Positions 20,468 through 31,798 are shown, numbered from the stretch's first letter. The stretch is DNA of 64,000 nucleotides from Candidatus Pyrohabitans jungbluthii (GCA_002010065.2 MTMD02000006.1:1-64000), one strand, 5' to 3'. Notes: generated from the sequence alone by a model not told the origin. Numbers and translations: made by a program.

Positions 20468-20800
20468 ATGAAAGGCAGCGCCGTGCTTGTTCTGATTTTT
20501 ATCTACGCTCTTGCCTCGACGGTGATAATGTACGCCGTGGAGGAGGGAACAAAGACCAAACTTAAGACCACCCTCGAAGTGGTCTCTGCGAACAGCACCC
20601 ACGTGGTTGTGAAAAACACCGGGAATAACACTGCAAGCATGCTGACCTCAACGCCCAGCGCTACCTTCACACCGCCATCAATTGCACCGGGAGAGGTGGC
20701 GGTGGGAAAATTCGACTCCCCCATCTACAGCTACACCACAATCCGGATAGAGAGCAGAGAGGGTTCGAGCGTGGTCTACACCTACCGCGAAGAAGATTAA
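20468..20800 (+). CDS. Pilin-like/ArlF-G-like small beta-sandwich protein
   Basis: MKG followed by hydrophobic helix; VVVKNTG motif; near arl genes. Confidence 0.45.
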   Translation: MKGSAVLVLIFIYALASTVIMYAVEEGTKTKLKTTLEVVSANSTHVVVKNTGNNTASMLTSTPSATFTPPSIAPGEVAVGKFDSPIYSYTTIRIESREGSSVVYTYREED

Positions 20801-21096
20801 TCTTCTCCAGCATCGAGGTAGGCTTTAATCTGCTCCATAACTTCGCTGAAATCAACATCCTCAGCCAGCGAGAGTAGAGAGCTTAGCTCAACGTAGGACT
20901 CCTTAATTATGGGCTTAAGCTCCTCTGCGAGGTCAACGCAGGCTAAGACGTAGTCCAGCGCCCGGCTTAAGTCGTCAGCGTTCTGCGCCACCTTACGAAT
21001 AAGCCTCACAAGCGCCTCCCGCTCCTCCTCTTCAAGCGACGACAGAGCTTCATCCAGCACCGTAAGCGCCTCGAAGTTTGGTTCTTTCCTCTGCAT
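20797..21096 (-). CDS. Helical protein co-transcribed with sqr (DUF1641-like)
   Basis: Start overlaps sqr stop; acidic alpha-helical. Confidence 0.5.
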   Translation of the reverse strand: MQRKEPNFEALTVLDEALSSLEEEEREALVRLIRKVAQNADDLSRALDYVLACVDLAEELKPIIKESYVELSSLLSLAEDVDFSEVMEQIKAYLDAGED

Positions 21097-22298
21097 CACT
21101 CTGCACCTCCTGCATACGGAAAATCTTCTCCACGAAGCCACAGGTGCCAGTAGAACCACCTGGAGAGGAGCTTGGCAATGTGGTTCCCTTTTGTTACTTT
21201 GTTCAGAGAGAGGGGGCCGAGCAGTGGTAATGGTACTCTGCCATGGTAGAGCTTCCTCTCATAATCGAAGCCCACCACCATAGCCTCGCTGAAACCGGTG
21301 AGTATGAAGCAGAAAGCCTCACCGCCGTACTTTGTCTTTATACCGGAGCCTGCTATATCCTCAGCCAGGTTCTTCGCCACAACCCCCGCCTGGAAGTGCG
21401 TACTCGACGCCGCCTTCGAGGTTGGCAGGTTTGCAGCATCGCCCAGAGCATAGGTGTCCTCGAAATCTATAGCGTTGAGGTGGTGCTTATCTACGCCAAC
21501 ATAGCCCATGGCGTCGCCCATCCCCGAGCTTATTATTGCCTCTGAGCCCATGTGGGGAGGCACCACTACGAGCAGGTCATAGGGGATCTCCTCCCCTGTG
21601 GGGCTCCTTATTCGCTTTGAGGCAGAGTCCACCTCCGCTAGGGGAAAGTTGGGAACTATCTCAATTCCTCTCTCCTCTGCCAGCGCTTCCAGGGTTTTCG
21701 CCACCTCAGGCTTGGAAAAAGCCTCAGGCAAGCTGGTGGTGAGTATTATCTCCACCTCTTTGCGAAGGCCGCGGCGGCGGAAAAACTCATCCGCAAGAAA
21801 GGCGAAGCTGAGCGGCGCCCCGGGGCACTTTATGGGCATATCTGCAACGCTGATCACGAGCTTGCCCGAGGTGAAGCCGCGAAGCACCCGCCTGAGCCTC
21901 TTCGCACCCCTGAGGGTGTAGAACTCGTGCACATGCTCGTACAGCGCCCCGTGGAGACCCTCAACCTCCTCAAAGGCAGGTCTGCATCCAGTGGCAATCA
22001 CAAGCCAGTCGTAACTCAGAACTCTGCCTCCGGCGGTGACTTCCTTTTTATCAGGGTCGATTTTCTCCACCTCGCCCCGGAATAGCTCCACATCCTTTGG
22101 CAGGAAATTAGCCACGGGCTTGGTACAGCCCTGCACAGAGTATATTCCAAAGGGTATTAAGGTAAACCCAGGCTGGTACACGTGCTTCGTACTTCTGTCA
22201 ACCAGGGTTATCCTTACCTCCTCTCCCACTAACTTTGCCAGCTTATTTGCGAGGATTAATCCCCCTGTGCCCGCGCCAAGTATTAGAACTTCGTCCAT
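21096..22298 (-). CDS. sqr: Sulfide:quinone oxidoreductase (type III-like)
   Basis: ILGAGTGG, HVYQPG, IKCPGAP, LGDAANLPTSKA, AFCF cysteines. Confidence 0.85.
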   Translation of the reverse strand: MDEVLILGAGTGGLILANKLAKLVGEEVRITLVDRSTKHVYQPGFTLIPFGIYSVQGCTKPVANFLPKDVELFRGEVEKIDPDKKEVTAGGRVLSYDWLVIATGCRPAFEEVEGLHGALYEHVHEFYTLRGAKRLRRVLRGFTSGKLVISVADMPIKCPGAPLSFAFLADEFFRRRGLRKEVEIILTTSLPEAFSKPEVAKTLEALAEERGIEIVPNFPLAEVDSASKRIRSPTGEEIPYDLLVVVPPHMGSEAIISSGMGDAMGYVGVDKHHLNAIDFEDTYALGDAANLPTSKAASSTHFQAGVVAKNLAEDIAGSGIKTKYGGEAFCFILTGFSEAMVVGFDYERKLYHGRVPLPLLGPLSLNKVTKGNHIAKLLSRWFYWHLWLRGEDFPYAGGAE

Positions 22299-22462
22299 TC
22301 TTAATATCTTTCCACTTCAGAGAAGATAAACCTATCGCGACACCGCCAGACAAAAAGGTCATTCTAGTGCCAATCCTGAGCGCCTCAAAATTGCAGATTT
22401 TCAAAGAAAATGGAAATTGCATGAAAAAGATTTATGCTGTTATTTATTTTCGTTACTTATTG

Positions 22463-22508
22463 GGTGATGGGGTCCACTTAAACCGTCCCACGGAACTAAT
22501 GACTCTAG
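22463..22508 (+). ncRNA. Fluoride riboswitch (crcB motif)
   Basis: GGTGATGGGGTCCACTTAAACCGTCCCACGGAACTAATGACTCTAG fits the crcB consensus; P1 GGUG/CACU, P2 CCGU/ACGG, pseudoknot UGGGGUC/GACUCUA. Confidence 0.85.
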
Positions 22509-22519
22509 GAGGCTGAACC

Positions 22520-22624
22520 GTGAAACAATCCACTAATTGCAGAATATTATCTCTTGAGCTCCACCTTTTCGTTGCGTTGGGCGGTGTATTTCCAGTCTTT
22601 GAGGAGATAAAATGGAACCTTTGA
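22520..22624 (+). pseudogene. crcB: Truncated Fluc/CrcB-like remnant (34 aa)
   Basis: GTG after GGAGG; MKQSTNCRILSLELHLFVALGGVF.. resembles the Fluc TM1 motif (VALGGxxG), then breaks off into the next gene's RBS. Confidence 0.5.
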
Positions 22625-23652
22625 GAATTGTGCACATTTCTGACATCCACTTTGGAGATGAACTCAAGCCGGACAAATTTAAGAGGGCTGTGAAGCAGAT
22701 AAACGCCCTTGAGCCAGAGCTTGTGATTGTGAGTGGCGATATCACAACCTGGGGGATTCACAGGGAATTCAGAGATGCCTATGAGGCACTGGGCGATATT
22801 AAAGCGGAGCTTTTTGTGATACCCGGGAATCACGACGCAAGAAATGACGGGCTGAAATACTTCAGGCTTTACTTTGGCGATGTCAAGAAGTCCATAAAGC
22901 TGGACGACATGATTATCGTCGGGGTGAACTCCACCCTGCCCGACTCTGACGAGGGCTATATCGGCGAGGAGCAGATGCACTGGGTGGAGAAAAAGTTCAG
23001 AAATAGCTGCATAAACATGCTGGTGCTCCACCACCACGTCATACCGGTGCCCCATACAGGGAGAAATAGAAATGTGCTGATAGATGCAGGTGAGATTGTG
23101 GAGAGCCTGATGTTCCACTGTCACGGTGGAGTTGTCCTGTCAGGGCACAGGCATGTACCATACTCAACAAAGCTACTCAGAACCCACATAATCCACGCAG
23201 GCACTTTAAGCTCTTATAAGGTGCTCATGCCGGACAACAACTACAACATAATAGAGTTCAATGAGGAGTCCATCAGACTCAAGCTCAGGTTCATTGACCA
23301 CGGCGAGATAGACATAGGCAGATTCGCAATAAAGCACGGCATGCCCAGGGCAATCTCTGTATATCACAGTCTGAGTTCTACCAAGAGGGTGCTCTTTGTA
23401 GCCACAGATATAAAGCAGGCAAAAAATGCTGCCAGCATCTTTAATAAACTCTCTCCAGAGAACATGCACGCAAGTGTGGTCAGCACCCAGAACAGGAGAT
23501 TGGCAGAGCTGCTCGCCGGTGCAGACTATGTGGTTGGCTTTGATGAGTTTAAAAATGCGGATGAAATCTGGAAGACAGGTATTAGTGAGAAAGAAATTGA
23601 GAGAAAGGTCAGAGAGCTCGTAGAAAAGCTACTGAGGGAGGTTGAGACATAA
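22612..23652 (+). CDS. Calcineurin-like metallophosphoesterase with C-terminal degenerate LMW-PTP-like domain
   Basis: DIH, GD, GNHD, HH, GHRH motifs; C-terminal RVLFV...ADYVVGF. Confidence 0.85.
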   Translation: MEPLRIVHISDIHFGDELKPDKFKRAVKQINALEPELVIVSGDITTWGIHREFRDAYEALGDIKAELFVIPGNHDARNDGLKYFRLYFGDVKKSIKLDDMIIVGVNSTLPDSDEGYIGEEQMHWVEKKFRNSCINMLVLHHHVIPVPHTGRNRNVLIDAGEIVESLMFHCHGGVVLSGHRHVPYSTKLLRTHIIHAGTLSSYKVLMPDNNYNIIEFNEESIRLKLRFIDHGEIDIGRFAIKHGMPRAISVYHSLSSTKRVLFVATDIKQAKNAASIFNKLSPENMHASVVSTQNRRLAELLAGADYVVGFDEFKNADEIWKTGISEKEIERKVRELVEKLLREVET

Positions 23653-23670
23653 ATTGTCGCAAATCTGAAA

Positions 23671-24471
23671 CTATCTCCCAGCGCGCGGACACTGTGAGTA
23701 TTCACACTCGCTGCACTTTCCCCGTGCAGGCGTCACGGCACTCTCTCCCTTAATAGCCTTTACAGTCCTGAAGGCTTCTTCTACTTTATCATCCTTGCCC
23801 TTCAGCAGGAATGTTCTCGAGCCTTCACCACCCCCAAGTCCACCAGCCCCGAGCACGCAAGCCTCTACCCCAAAGAGCATCTTAAAAGCTTCTATCTCCG
23901 TAATAACCTCTCCGGCGACGGGAAATATGCCCACAGGTATGCCTGTGGAGCGGGAGATAACGCTAATTCCTGCCTCTTTTGAAACCTCATCCAGCGAACC
24001 CGGTACGAGCTTCTCCAGCGTAACTGGAATGATGATATCAATACCTCTCGCCTTGGCGATGCCGTAGATGCTTGCTATTGTACCGCCCACGTCGCTGGCG
24101 AGCATAACCCCTGCGATGCCTCTCGCATCCACTGCGTTGGCGCCCTTTATGAGCACATCCCCCGGCTTCATCCTCTTTACAACAGCGTCGATGCTCTCCT
24201 TCACCCTCCTTCCTCTCTCAAGGACCACCTCTTTAAGGCGCATAGCTTTGGGCACCACGCAGGTTCCGTGCGCATCCACAAAGCCCGCGAGGTAGCGCCC
24301 CTTTTCCACTCTCTCTCCCAGAAGTTCCTCGATAACATAGGCATTAGTCGTGCCAAGCCCTATTGCAACTATCCCTTCCTTGAGTGCCCTCTTCACCTTC
24401 GGATGCGCCGCCACCGCCCTTGCAACAAGCCGCTTAGCTTCCGCCGAGGTAAGAGTAACCTGGGCCTTCAT
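23671..24471 (-). CDS. Conserved hypothetical protein (possible NagB/RpiA-like fold)
   Basis: Long ORF with LGTTNAYV, IKGANA, GGT and LEKLVP conserved-looking motifs; C-terminal Cys cluster. Confidence 0.6.
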   Translation of the reverse strand: MKAQVTLTSAEAKRLVARAVAAHPKVKRALKEGIVAIGLGTTNAYVIEELLGERVEKGRYLAGFVDAHGTCVVPKAMRLKEVVLERGRRVKESIDAVVKRMKPGDVLIKGANAVDARGIAGVMLASDVGGTIASIYGIAKARGIDIIIPVTLEKLVPGSLDEVSKEAGISVISRSTGIPVGIFPVAGEVITEIEAFKMLFGVEACVLGAGGLGGGEGSRTFLLKGKDDKVEEAFRTVKAIKGESAVTPARGKCSECEYSQCPRAGR

Positions 24472-24491
24472 TAAAAGTGCAACCTCCCTTC

Positions 24492-24770
24492 TCATGTTCT
24501 CTCTGCAATGTGGTCTATTCTGCAACCTGTATCCTCTGCCAGCTTCTTAACAGTCTCCAGAGCTTTCTCGCGTTCTTCCTTCGGGCCAACGAGATAAAAC
24601 CGCATTATGGATGGCATCTTCTCCTCTATCCCCGCCTTAAGCGCAGCGAAACTAACCTCCACGTGCATTACTTCAACATCAACATCGCGAAGCGCCTTCT
24701 CCAGCTCAAAAATCACCCCTTTTTCTAGAATGTGCCCCACCATTCTAATCTCTGTCTTCGGCTCAAGCAA
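24492..24770 (-). CDS. Small ferredoxin-fold/ACT-like protein
   Basis: EIRMVGHILEKG pattern with beta-alpha-beta periodicity; co-oriented with downstream gene. Confidence 0.45.
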   Translation of the reverse strand: MLEPKTEIRMVGHILEKGVIFELEKALRDVDVEVMHVEVSFAALKAGIEEKMPSIMRFYLVGPKEEREKALETVKKLAEDTGCRIDHIAERT

Positions 24771-24830
24771 AATACCACCTCTAAAGTTTTATATCCCGCA
24801 GCTAAATATAATCCTTGCGCAGGTGTGAAC

Positions 24831-25208
24831 ATGAAGAAACTCACCGCTAGGGAGATAATGATTCCAGAGCCTGTAATAATCTCACCCAGTGATTCCGTAT
24901 CTAGAGCGCTGCTGGAGATGACAGTTCGCGGGATAGGCGGCTTGCCCGTGGTAAGCGATGAGGGCGAGCTTCTGGGCATGATAACCCACCGCGATTTAAT
25001 CCTCGCCGGCAACACCGCTGAACAACTTAGGGTTAGAGACATAATGAGTACTAGGGTGGTTGCAATTACACCTGATACGCCCGTAAAGAAAATTGCGGAG
25101 ATGATGCGAGACACGGGTTTGCAGCGCCTGCCAGTGGTGGAAGGAAAGAAACTCGTGGGCCTGGTTACTCAGAGCTGCCTTATAAGGGTGCTTGCCGAAA
25201 TTTTGTAA
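24831..25208 (+). CDS. CBS-domain pair protein
   Basis: GGLPVV...LLGMITHRDL and QRLPVVEGKKLVGLVT. Confidence 0.9.
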   Translation: MKKLTAREIMIPEPVIISPSDSVSRALLEMTVRGIGGLPVVSDEGELLGMITHRDLILAGNTAEQLRVRDIMSTRVVAITPDTPVKKIAEMMRDTGLQRLPVVEGKKLVGLVTQSCLIRVLAEIL

Positions 25209-25252
25209 TTTTTCAGCGATAAGTTTAATACCTGTCTTTATCTCCCATATTC

Positions 25253-25945
25253 ATGATGAAGCTTTCGGTAGTTGTTCCTGCGTACAACGAAGAGAAGTAC
25301 ATTGAAAGCTGCCTACGTGCGCTTCGCAACCAGAGCATAGACTTTGAACTTGTGGTTGTAGACAACGCGAGCAGCGATGCCACGGGGGAAATCGCTGAGA
25401 GGTACGCAGACATTGTTATTAGAGAGGAGAGGAAGGGTGTTGCCTTTGCACGGGAGCGCGGGTGGAGAGAAGCTTCCGGAGATGTTGTGGCCTTTACAGA
25501 CGCCGATACCATAGTGCCCTCCACCTGGGCTGAGACAATCACAAAGGCGCTGCAAAGCAAAGCGATAGCAGCCTACGGTCCAGTTTATTTAAGCGACGGT
25601 CTCCGTCATGAAAAGCTCCTCGCAAAATATGGCTTTACATCCTTCCTTCTGTTCAATCACTTCCTCGGAATGCCCCACTTCTCAGGGCAGAACTTCGCCG
25701 TAAAAAGAGATGCCCTCGAGAAGGTTGGGGGATTTAACCTAAGGCTCAAAAGCGCTGAGGATGTAGACCTCTCAAGGAGACTTAGCAAATTAGGAGAGAT
25801 AAAGTTTATAAGGGATATGGTGGTATACACCTCTTCGAGGAGGTTGAGAAAGGGTTACTTGAAATTCTTCTGGCATCATAGTGTTAATTATCTCTCCATG
25901 CTCCTCACAGGCACTACAAACAGAGATTTTGAGGATGTGAGATGA
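25253..25945 (+). CDS. Glycosyltransferase family 2
   Basis: SVVVPAYNEE, VVDNASSD, FTDAD, EDVDL. Confidence 0.92.
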   Translation: MMKLSVVVPAYNEEKYIESCLRALRNQSIDFELVVVDNASSDATGEIAERYADIVIREERKGVAFARERGWREASGDVVAFTDADTIVPSTWAETITKALQSKAIAAYGPVYLSDGLRHEKLLAKYGFTSFLLFNHFLGMPHFSGQNFAVKRDALEKVGGFNLRLKSAEDVDLSRRLSKLGEIKFIRDMVVYTSSRRLRKGYLKFFWHHSVNYLSMLLTGTTNRDFEDVR

Positions 25946-27212
25946 TGAAGAAGCGCCTGTGTGTTGTCGCAGACACCTACCCGCCGAAAAAGGATGGGGT
26001 TATTACTTTCCTTCGCAGCGTGCTGCCCATGCTTAAGGAGCACTATGATGTTACCCTCATAGCCCCCCACTTTTCAGATGATAAGAGCACCTTCCGCGAG
26101 GTAGAGGTGGTGCTCACCCCTTACATACCCCTCGAGCTGGCGAACTACTACCCCGCGCTGCCCAACGCTAAGCTGGCGACGGCGATAAGGCGCAGCGATG
26201 TTGTGCTGGTGAACGACCTCGCGCCTCTGGGAGCGGCGGCGATTACCATAGCAAGCGCCATGGGCAAGCCTATTGCGGTCTTCTGCCACCATGACGAGGC
26301 GACGATGCTCGCTAAGGCATTCAAGCTGGATAGTCGTCGCTTCGTGCCAGAGGGCAAGTTCAGGAGCATGATCGACATAATTGTGAAGAGGTACTACAGC
26401 AAAGTGGACCTCTTCTTTGTTGCAACCTCACGCTTCAAAAACAAGCTCCTTCGTTTAGGCATACCAGAGGAAAAGATAATCTTTGCCCCCTTTGCGATAG
26501 ATACCACGCGCTTCAAGCCGCTTAACGGCGAGGCTATGAGGAAGCGCTATGGCATACCTCGCGAAGCCAAAGTGGTGCTCTATCTTGGAAGGATGTCCCA
26601 TGAAAAGAATGTGGAGACTATAATTAAGGCGATACCCCATGTGGTTGAGGAAGAGCCAGATACCTACTTCGTGTTCGCTGGCGGGGGCGCGAGGCTGGAG
26701 GAGTACCAGAAGCTTGCGGCAAAGGTGGCACCTCATGCCAAGGTAATCTTCACCGGCTGGGTGGAGTGGGAAGATGCGCCGAGCTATTACGCCATGGGCG
26801 ACATATTTGTCTTCCCCTCGCTGCATGAGGCTCAGGCTTTCGTAGCCATGGAGGCGATGGCATGCGAGCTTGCGCTTGTGGTGTCCCGCGACCATGGGGA
26901 GGGCAGCTACTACCGCGAGGGTGAGAACTGCCTATTCGTGGGCAACCCGCTGAACGAGAGGGAGGTTGCAGAGAAGATACTCCTCCTGCTTAGCAATGAG
27001 ACGCTGAGGCGCAGGCTCGCGAAAAATGCCCGCCAGACTATGCTTACCTACTCGTGGGATACCCATGTTGCAAAGCTTCTTCAGGGGCTGGAGAGGATAG
27101 AGAACAAGCAGAGGCTTTCACGGAGGAAGCGGGTTAAGAGGCTTATAATGAACAAGTACTTCACCTCTGGCTTGGTGCTCCTCCTGTGGGCGAGCAGGGG
27201 AAAGATAGGGAT

Positions 27213-27216
<4 letters not shown>
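25942..27216 (+). CDS. Glycosyltransferase family 4
   Basis: DTYPPKKDGV, YLGRMSHEKN, FVFPSLHEAQAFVAMEAMAC. Confidence 0.92.
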
Positions 27217-28480
<1,264 letters not shown>

Positions 28481-28552
28481 GGGCGTGCCTCAGCGCTATT
28501 TTCCAAAAAACAAAAGCACATGCCAAATCTGCAATGCGCTCAAAATTGTCAC

Positions 28553-28864
28553 TTAAGCCTCCATTTCTTCGATTAGCTTCAACACCTTCGCCTTAATCCC
28601 ATCACACACCTTTCTGAACTCCTCTATGCTTTTGCCCTTCGGGTCGGGCAGCGCCCAATCTTCGACCTTCCCGCTGCTTAAGAGAAACGCTGGACAAGAC
28701 TCCCGCGATAAGCAGCCCATGGTTATTATTCGCCTTGCTGCTCACCTTTGCGCCGGCTCTGTGCCAGCGCTTTCCGCTCTGACGTTCTTAGTAAAAGTGT
28801 TGAAAAATCCCTTTGCCATTTACGACCTAGCGGAGTTGCCCACGCATACAAAGAGCACATCCAT
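28553..28864 (-). pseudogene. arsC: ArsC/LMW-PTP arsenate reductase pseudogene
   Basis: MDVLFVCVGNSARS*MAKGFFN...SAGTEPAQR*...ITMGC...CPA...DWALPDPKGK: CxxNxxRS loop followed by an in-frame stop and an internal deletion. Confidence 0.8.
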
Positions 28865-28865
28865 C

Positions 28866-29729
28866 TTACTCAAAATTCCTCACCAGCACAACGCTGCCCC
28901 CCTGAGGCACGCGAAGCTGTTCTGCAACGCTCTTACATTTAGCTTTGAGCAGGAAAACCACCGGTTTTTCTGTGTACTCATCCAACGTTTCAAAGTGCCC
29001 TTGCCCCTTGGCGATTATAAAGTCGGCCTTATCAAACTCTCTCAGAAGCTCTTCTGAGGCTTCTTTAAAATCTACGCCAACCACATCGCTGCCTGAGGTT
29101 ATAACCCTGCACGTGTGCGTAAGCTCAACCTGCTGCGCATCCTCAATGGTGGCGTCGTTGATTATCGGCGCAGACTTCACCACGGCTATGACCTCAAGCC
29201 CATGCCTCTTGAGCTCCTCTATGAGAAGCCTGTCCAGCGCAATCTCGCCGGCATTGTCGAGCAGATAGAGCACGCGTCTGCTGCTCTCAATAAGGCGCCT
29301 AAAGGCTTGGATGTGGTTGATGGCAAGCTTCTCTTCCAGCGCTCTGCTGAGCATTTCTGCACTCGCCTCTGCCCCATAAACACCAAAGTCAAGCAGATTC
29401 CCAGCTAGGGCTACCTTGACAGTAGCTTCGAGCCTGTCTTCAGCACTCTCTATAATCCTCCTTGCCATAGGTATTAGAGCCTGAGCAAGGGCATTGGAGC
29501 GTGCCTTTGCTTCCCGGAATGGGTCTGCGCAGCCTGTCAAGCTCTTTAGCAGTCTGTGAAGCCCAGTACCCAGAAGCGCAGGTATAGCGTTGCCTGTGTA
29601 GTTCTCAGCAAGGAACTCTTCCACCGCCCTCATTATCTCCTCTTCTTTCTCTTTGCTCAGCCTGCATTGCCTTAAAACACGCCTACTCTGCTCTACCAAG
29701 CAAGCGTAGCATGCCTCGCCTACGTGCAT
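28866..29729 (-). CDS. Damage-control phosphatase, DUF89/ARMT1-like
   Basis: CYAC, DPFREAK, GNLLDFG, LDNAGE, INDAT, AKGQGHFE, KC. Confidence 0.9.
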   Translation of the reverse strand: MHVGEACYACLVEQSRRVLRQCRLSKEKEEEIMRAVEEFLAENYTGNAIPALLGTGLHRLLKSLTGCADPFREAKARSNALAQALIPMARRIIESAEDRLEATVKVALAGNLLDFGVYGAEASAEMLSRALEEKLAINHIQAFRRLIESSRRVLYLLDNAGEIALDRLLIEELKRHGLEVIAVVKSAPIINDATIEDAQQVELTHTCRVITSGSDVVGVDFKEASEELLREFDKADFIIAKGQGHFETLDEYTEKPVVFLLKAKCKSVAEQLRVPQGGSVVLVRNFE

Positions 29730-29730
29730 G

Positions 29731-30984
29731 CTACTCCTCCATATCGTATATCACCAGCCCCGTAAGGAGCTTCGGGTAGAAGTAGGTCGCTTTGCCTGGC
29801 ATTTTTTCTCCGGCAAGAGCAACTTCGCGGATTTCTTCAACGCGCGTAGGGTTCAAAAAGAAGGCGGCCGTAAATTCCCCTCTCGTTACTCCTGCAATCG
29901 CTTCCTCTTCGTCGATGATGTAGGCTATGTTGCCCTCGCTGCTACGGAATCCCAGAATTCTCTCCAGAATGAGGGAATGGAGTACACTCACGCTTAGCCT
30001 GCGGAGCACCTGAGATTTGTGCTGAAGCAATCTATCCATAACCTCATAGTCTCTCAGAACAAGGCCGTAAAATTCGCCGCGGTAAAATCCAAAATTCCTG
30101 CTATTTCTATATAAAAAGCGGAAGAACACCTCCTTATCCTTACCAAAGCTCTGAATATCGAAGTACTCCCTCGCCTTATCCAGAAACTCTTCCATGGAAA
30201 ACTCATGTTTAATCGCACGGTGTGCGGGTAAGATGGTAACTCCCTCATCGTACATATTTGCCAGAAACATCATGGTATAATCAAAGGGCTCCTCGCCGGA
30301 GGTTTTGCCTGTAAGCCGGCGCATCTCATCGCGGTAGGCGAGAGCGGTCTCGTATCTGTGATGCCCATCTGCTATGTAAATCCTCTTTTCAAGAAAAGCC
30401 TGCGTAACAGCTTCTATCACCTTCTCATCGCATATTCGCCAGAGGCGGTGCCTTTTACCGGTGTCGTCGAAAAAGTCCACAAGTGGCTCTTCAAGCGCCT
30501 CTTCAACTATCTTAGTCACCTTCGCTTCCTTATCTTCATAGAGGCCATAAATCTGGCTGAAGTTCGCCTTTGTATGGCGCAGCAGAGCAAGGCGGTCTTC
30601 CTTGGGTGAACTGAGAGTCTCTTCGTGAGGCAGAACCTCCCCCTCGCTATACTCGCTTAACCTGACCAGCGCAATCAACCCTCGTAGAGCCTTTTTCTCC
30701 CCCTTCACCTTATAGTCCTGGCGACAGTAGTACAGTGAGGGCTCTTCGTCCTGGATGAGGATCTCCGATTCCTTCCAGCGCCTGTAAAGCCTCGCAGCCT
30801 CGCGGTATTTCTCCTCGCCCTCGGCTTTGTTGTAATCCAGGCGAATAATGTTGTACTCGTGGGCAGCGTAGTAGCGCTCTCGCTCTTCGTCGCTTATAAC
30901 GTCGTAGGGCGGGGTTACCACCCGTGAGATATCCTCCTTCGCAAGGTTATAGCGCACTCCTCTGAACGGCTTTACCAGTACCAT
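29731..30984 (-). CDS. DUF1015 family protein
   Basis: PPYDVI, PHEETL, IADGHHRYETA, KATYFYPK. Confidence 0.92.
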   Translation of the reverse strand: MVLVKPFRGVRYNLAKEDISRVVTPPYDVISDEERERYYAAHEYNIIRLDYNKAEGEEKYREAARLYRRWKESEILIQDEEPSLYYCRQDYKVKGEKKALRGLIALVRLSEYSEGEVLPHEETLSSPKEDRLALLRHTKANFSQIYGLYEDKEAKVTKIVEEALEEPLVDFFDDTGKRHRLWRICDEKVIEAVTQAFLEKRIYIADGHHRYETALAYRDEMRRLTGKTSGEEPFDYTMMFLANMYDEGVTILPAHRAIKHEFSMEEFLDKAREYFDIQSFGKDKEVFFRFLYRNSRNFGFYRGEFYGLVLRDYEVMDRLLQHKSQVLRRLSVSVLHSLILERILGFRSSEGNIAYIIDEEEAIAGVTRGEFTAAFFLNPTRVEEIREVALAGEKMPGKATYFYPKLLTGLVIYDMEE

Positions 30985-31036
30985 GGCTACACCTTTCTGC
31001 CTATTTATCTGCGTAAAATATAAACTTGCCCCTCCT

Positions 31037-31798
31037 TTAAATCAGCGCCTGAAGGTCTGGCAGAAAGGCGGCGCCACCAAAGAGGAAGACAGCTCCAAGC
31101 ACAATGCTGAAGATACCTATTACCAGCGCCACGCCCCTATAAAGCCTCGCCCTATTCGCAGAAGTAGCTATTCCATACGCCCCGAGAACACCCATCGCCG
31201 TATTTGTAATTATTAGTCCGGAAACGAAGAAGAGTATTAAAAGGGCGGCGGTATCCTTACCCGCGGCAGCGCCCGTGCCGAGGGTGAGGGCAAACAGGAT
31301 CACCTGCGTAGGCGTCTCAGCACCTATACCATGGATCATGCCTATAACGTAGGCCGAGGTATTACCGTATCCGCCTTTCCACATGCTGCGCTGCTTCATA
31401 GGTGCATTTCTCAGCTTAGCCATGCTCCAGTCATAAGCCCTGAGCACCGCGTTGGCAAGAATAGCCCATCGCGGCATAATTCGAAACTCTTCCCCTCTAT
31501 GCCTGTGAAAGGAATAGAGAACGTAGAAGCCCAGCAGGAGGAGGGTGATGCCCACCACCTTTTCCATAATGCTGTCTAGGCCCTCTGGAATTGAGAGTCC
31601 GATCATCAGCGCTCCAAGGGCAAGCGCAGCCACAACGCTCGCGTGCCCAACGGCATACAGGAAGCTCAGAAAAATCCCCTTTCGCCTGCTTTGCTGAGTG
31701 CTGGTTATGTCCATAATTGCAGCTATGTGGTCCCAGTCCACGCCATGTTTGATTCCAACCGTAAGAGCGATAAGGGGTAGCAGCATATCACCATTCAT
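31037..31798 (-). CDS. NiCoT-like nickel/cobalt permease
   Basis: GIKHGVDWDHIAAI, GHASVV, GMIHGIGAET motifs; multiple TMs. Confidence 0.8.
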   Translation of the reverse strand: MNGDMLLPLIALTVGIKHGVDWDHIAAIMDITSTQQSRRKGIFLSFLYAVGHASVVAALALGALMIGLSIPEGLDSIMEKVVGITLLLLGFYVLYSFHRHRGEEFRIMPRWAILANAVLRAYDWSMAKLRNAPMKQRSMWKGGYGNTSAYVIGMIHGIGAETPTQVILFALTLGTGAAAGKDTAALLILFFVSGLIITNTAMGVLGAYGIATSANRARLYRGVALVIGIFSIVLGAVFLFGGAAFLPDLQALI

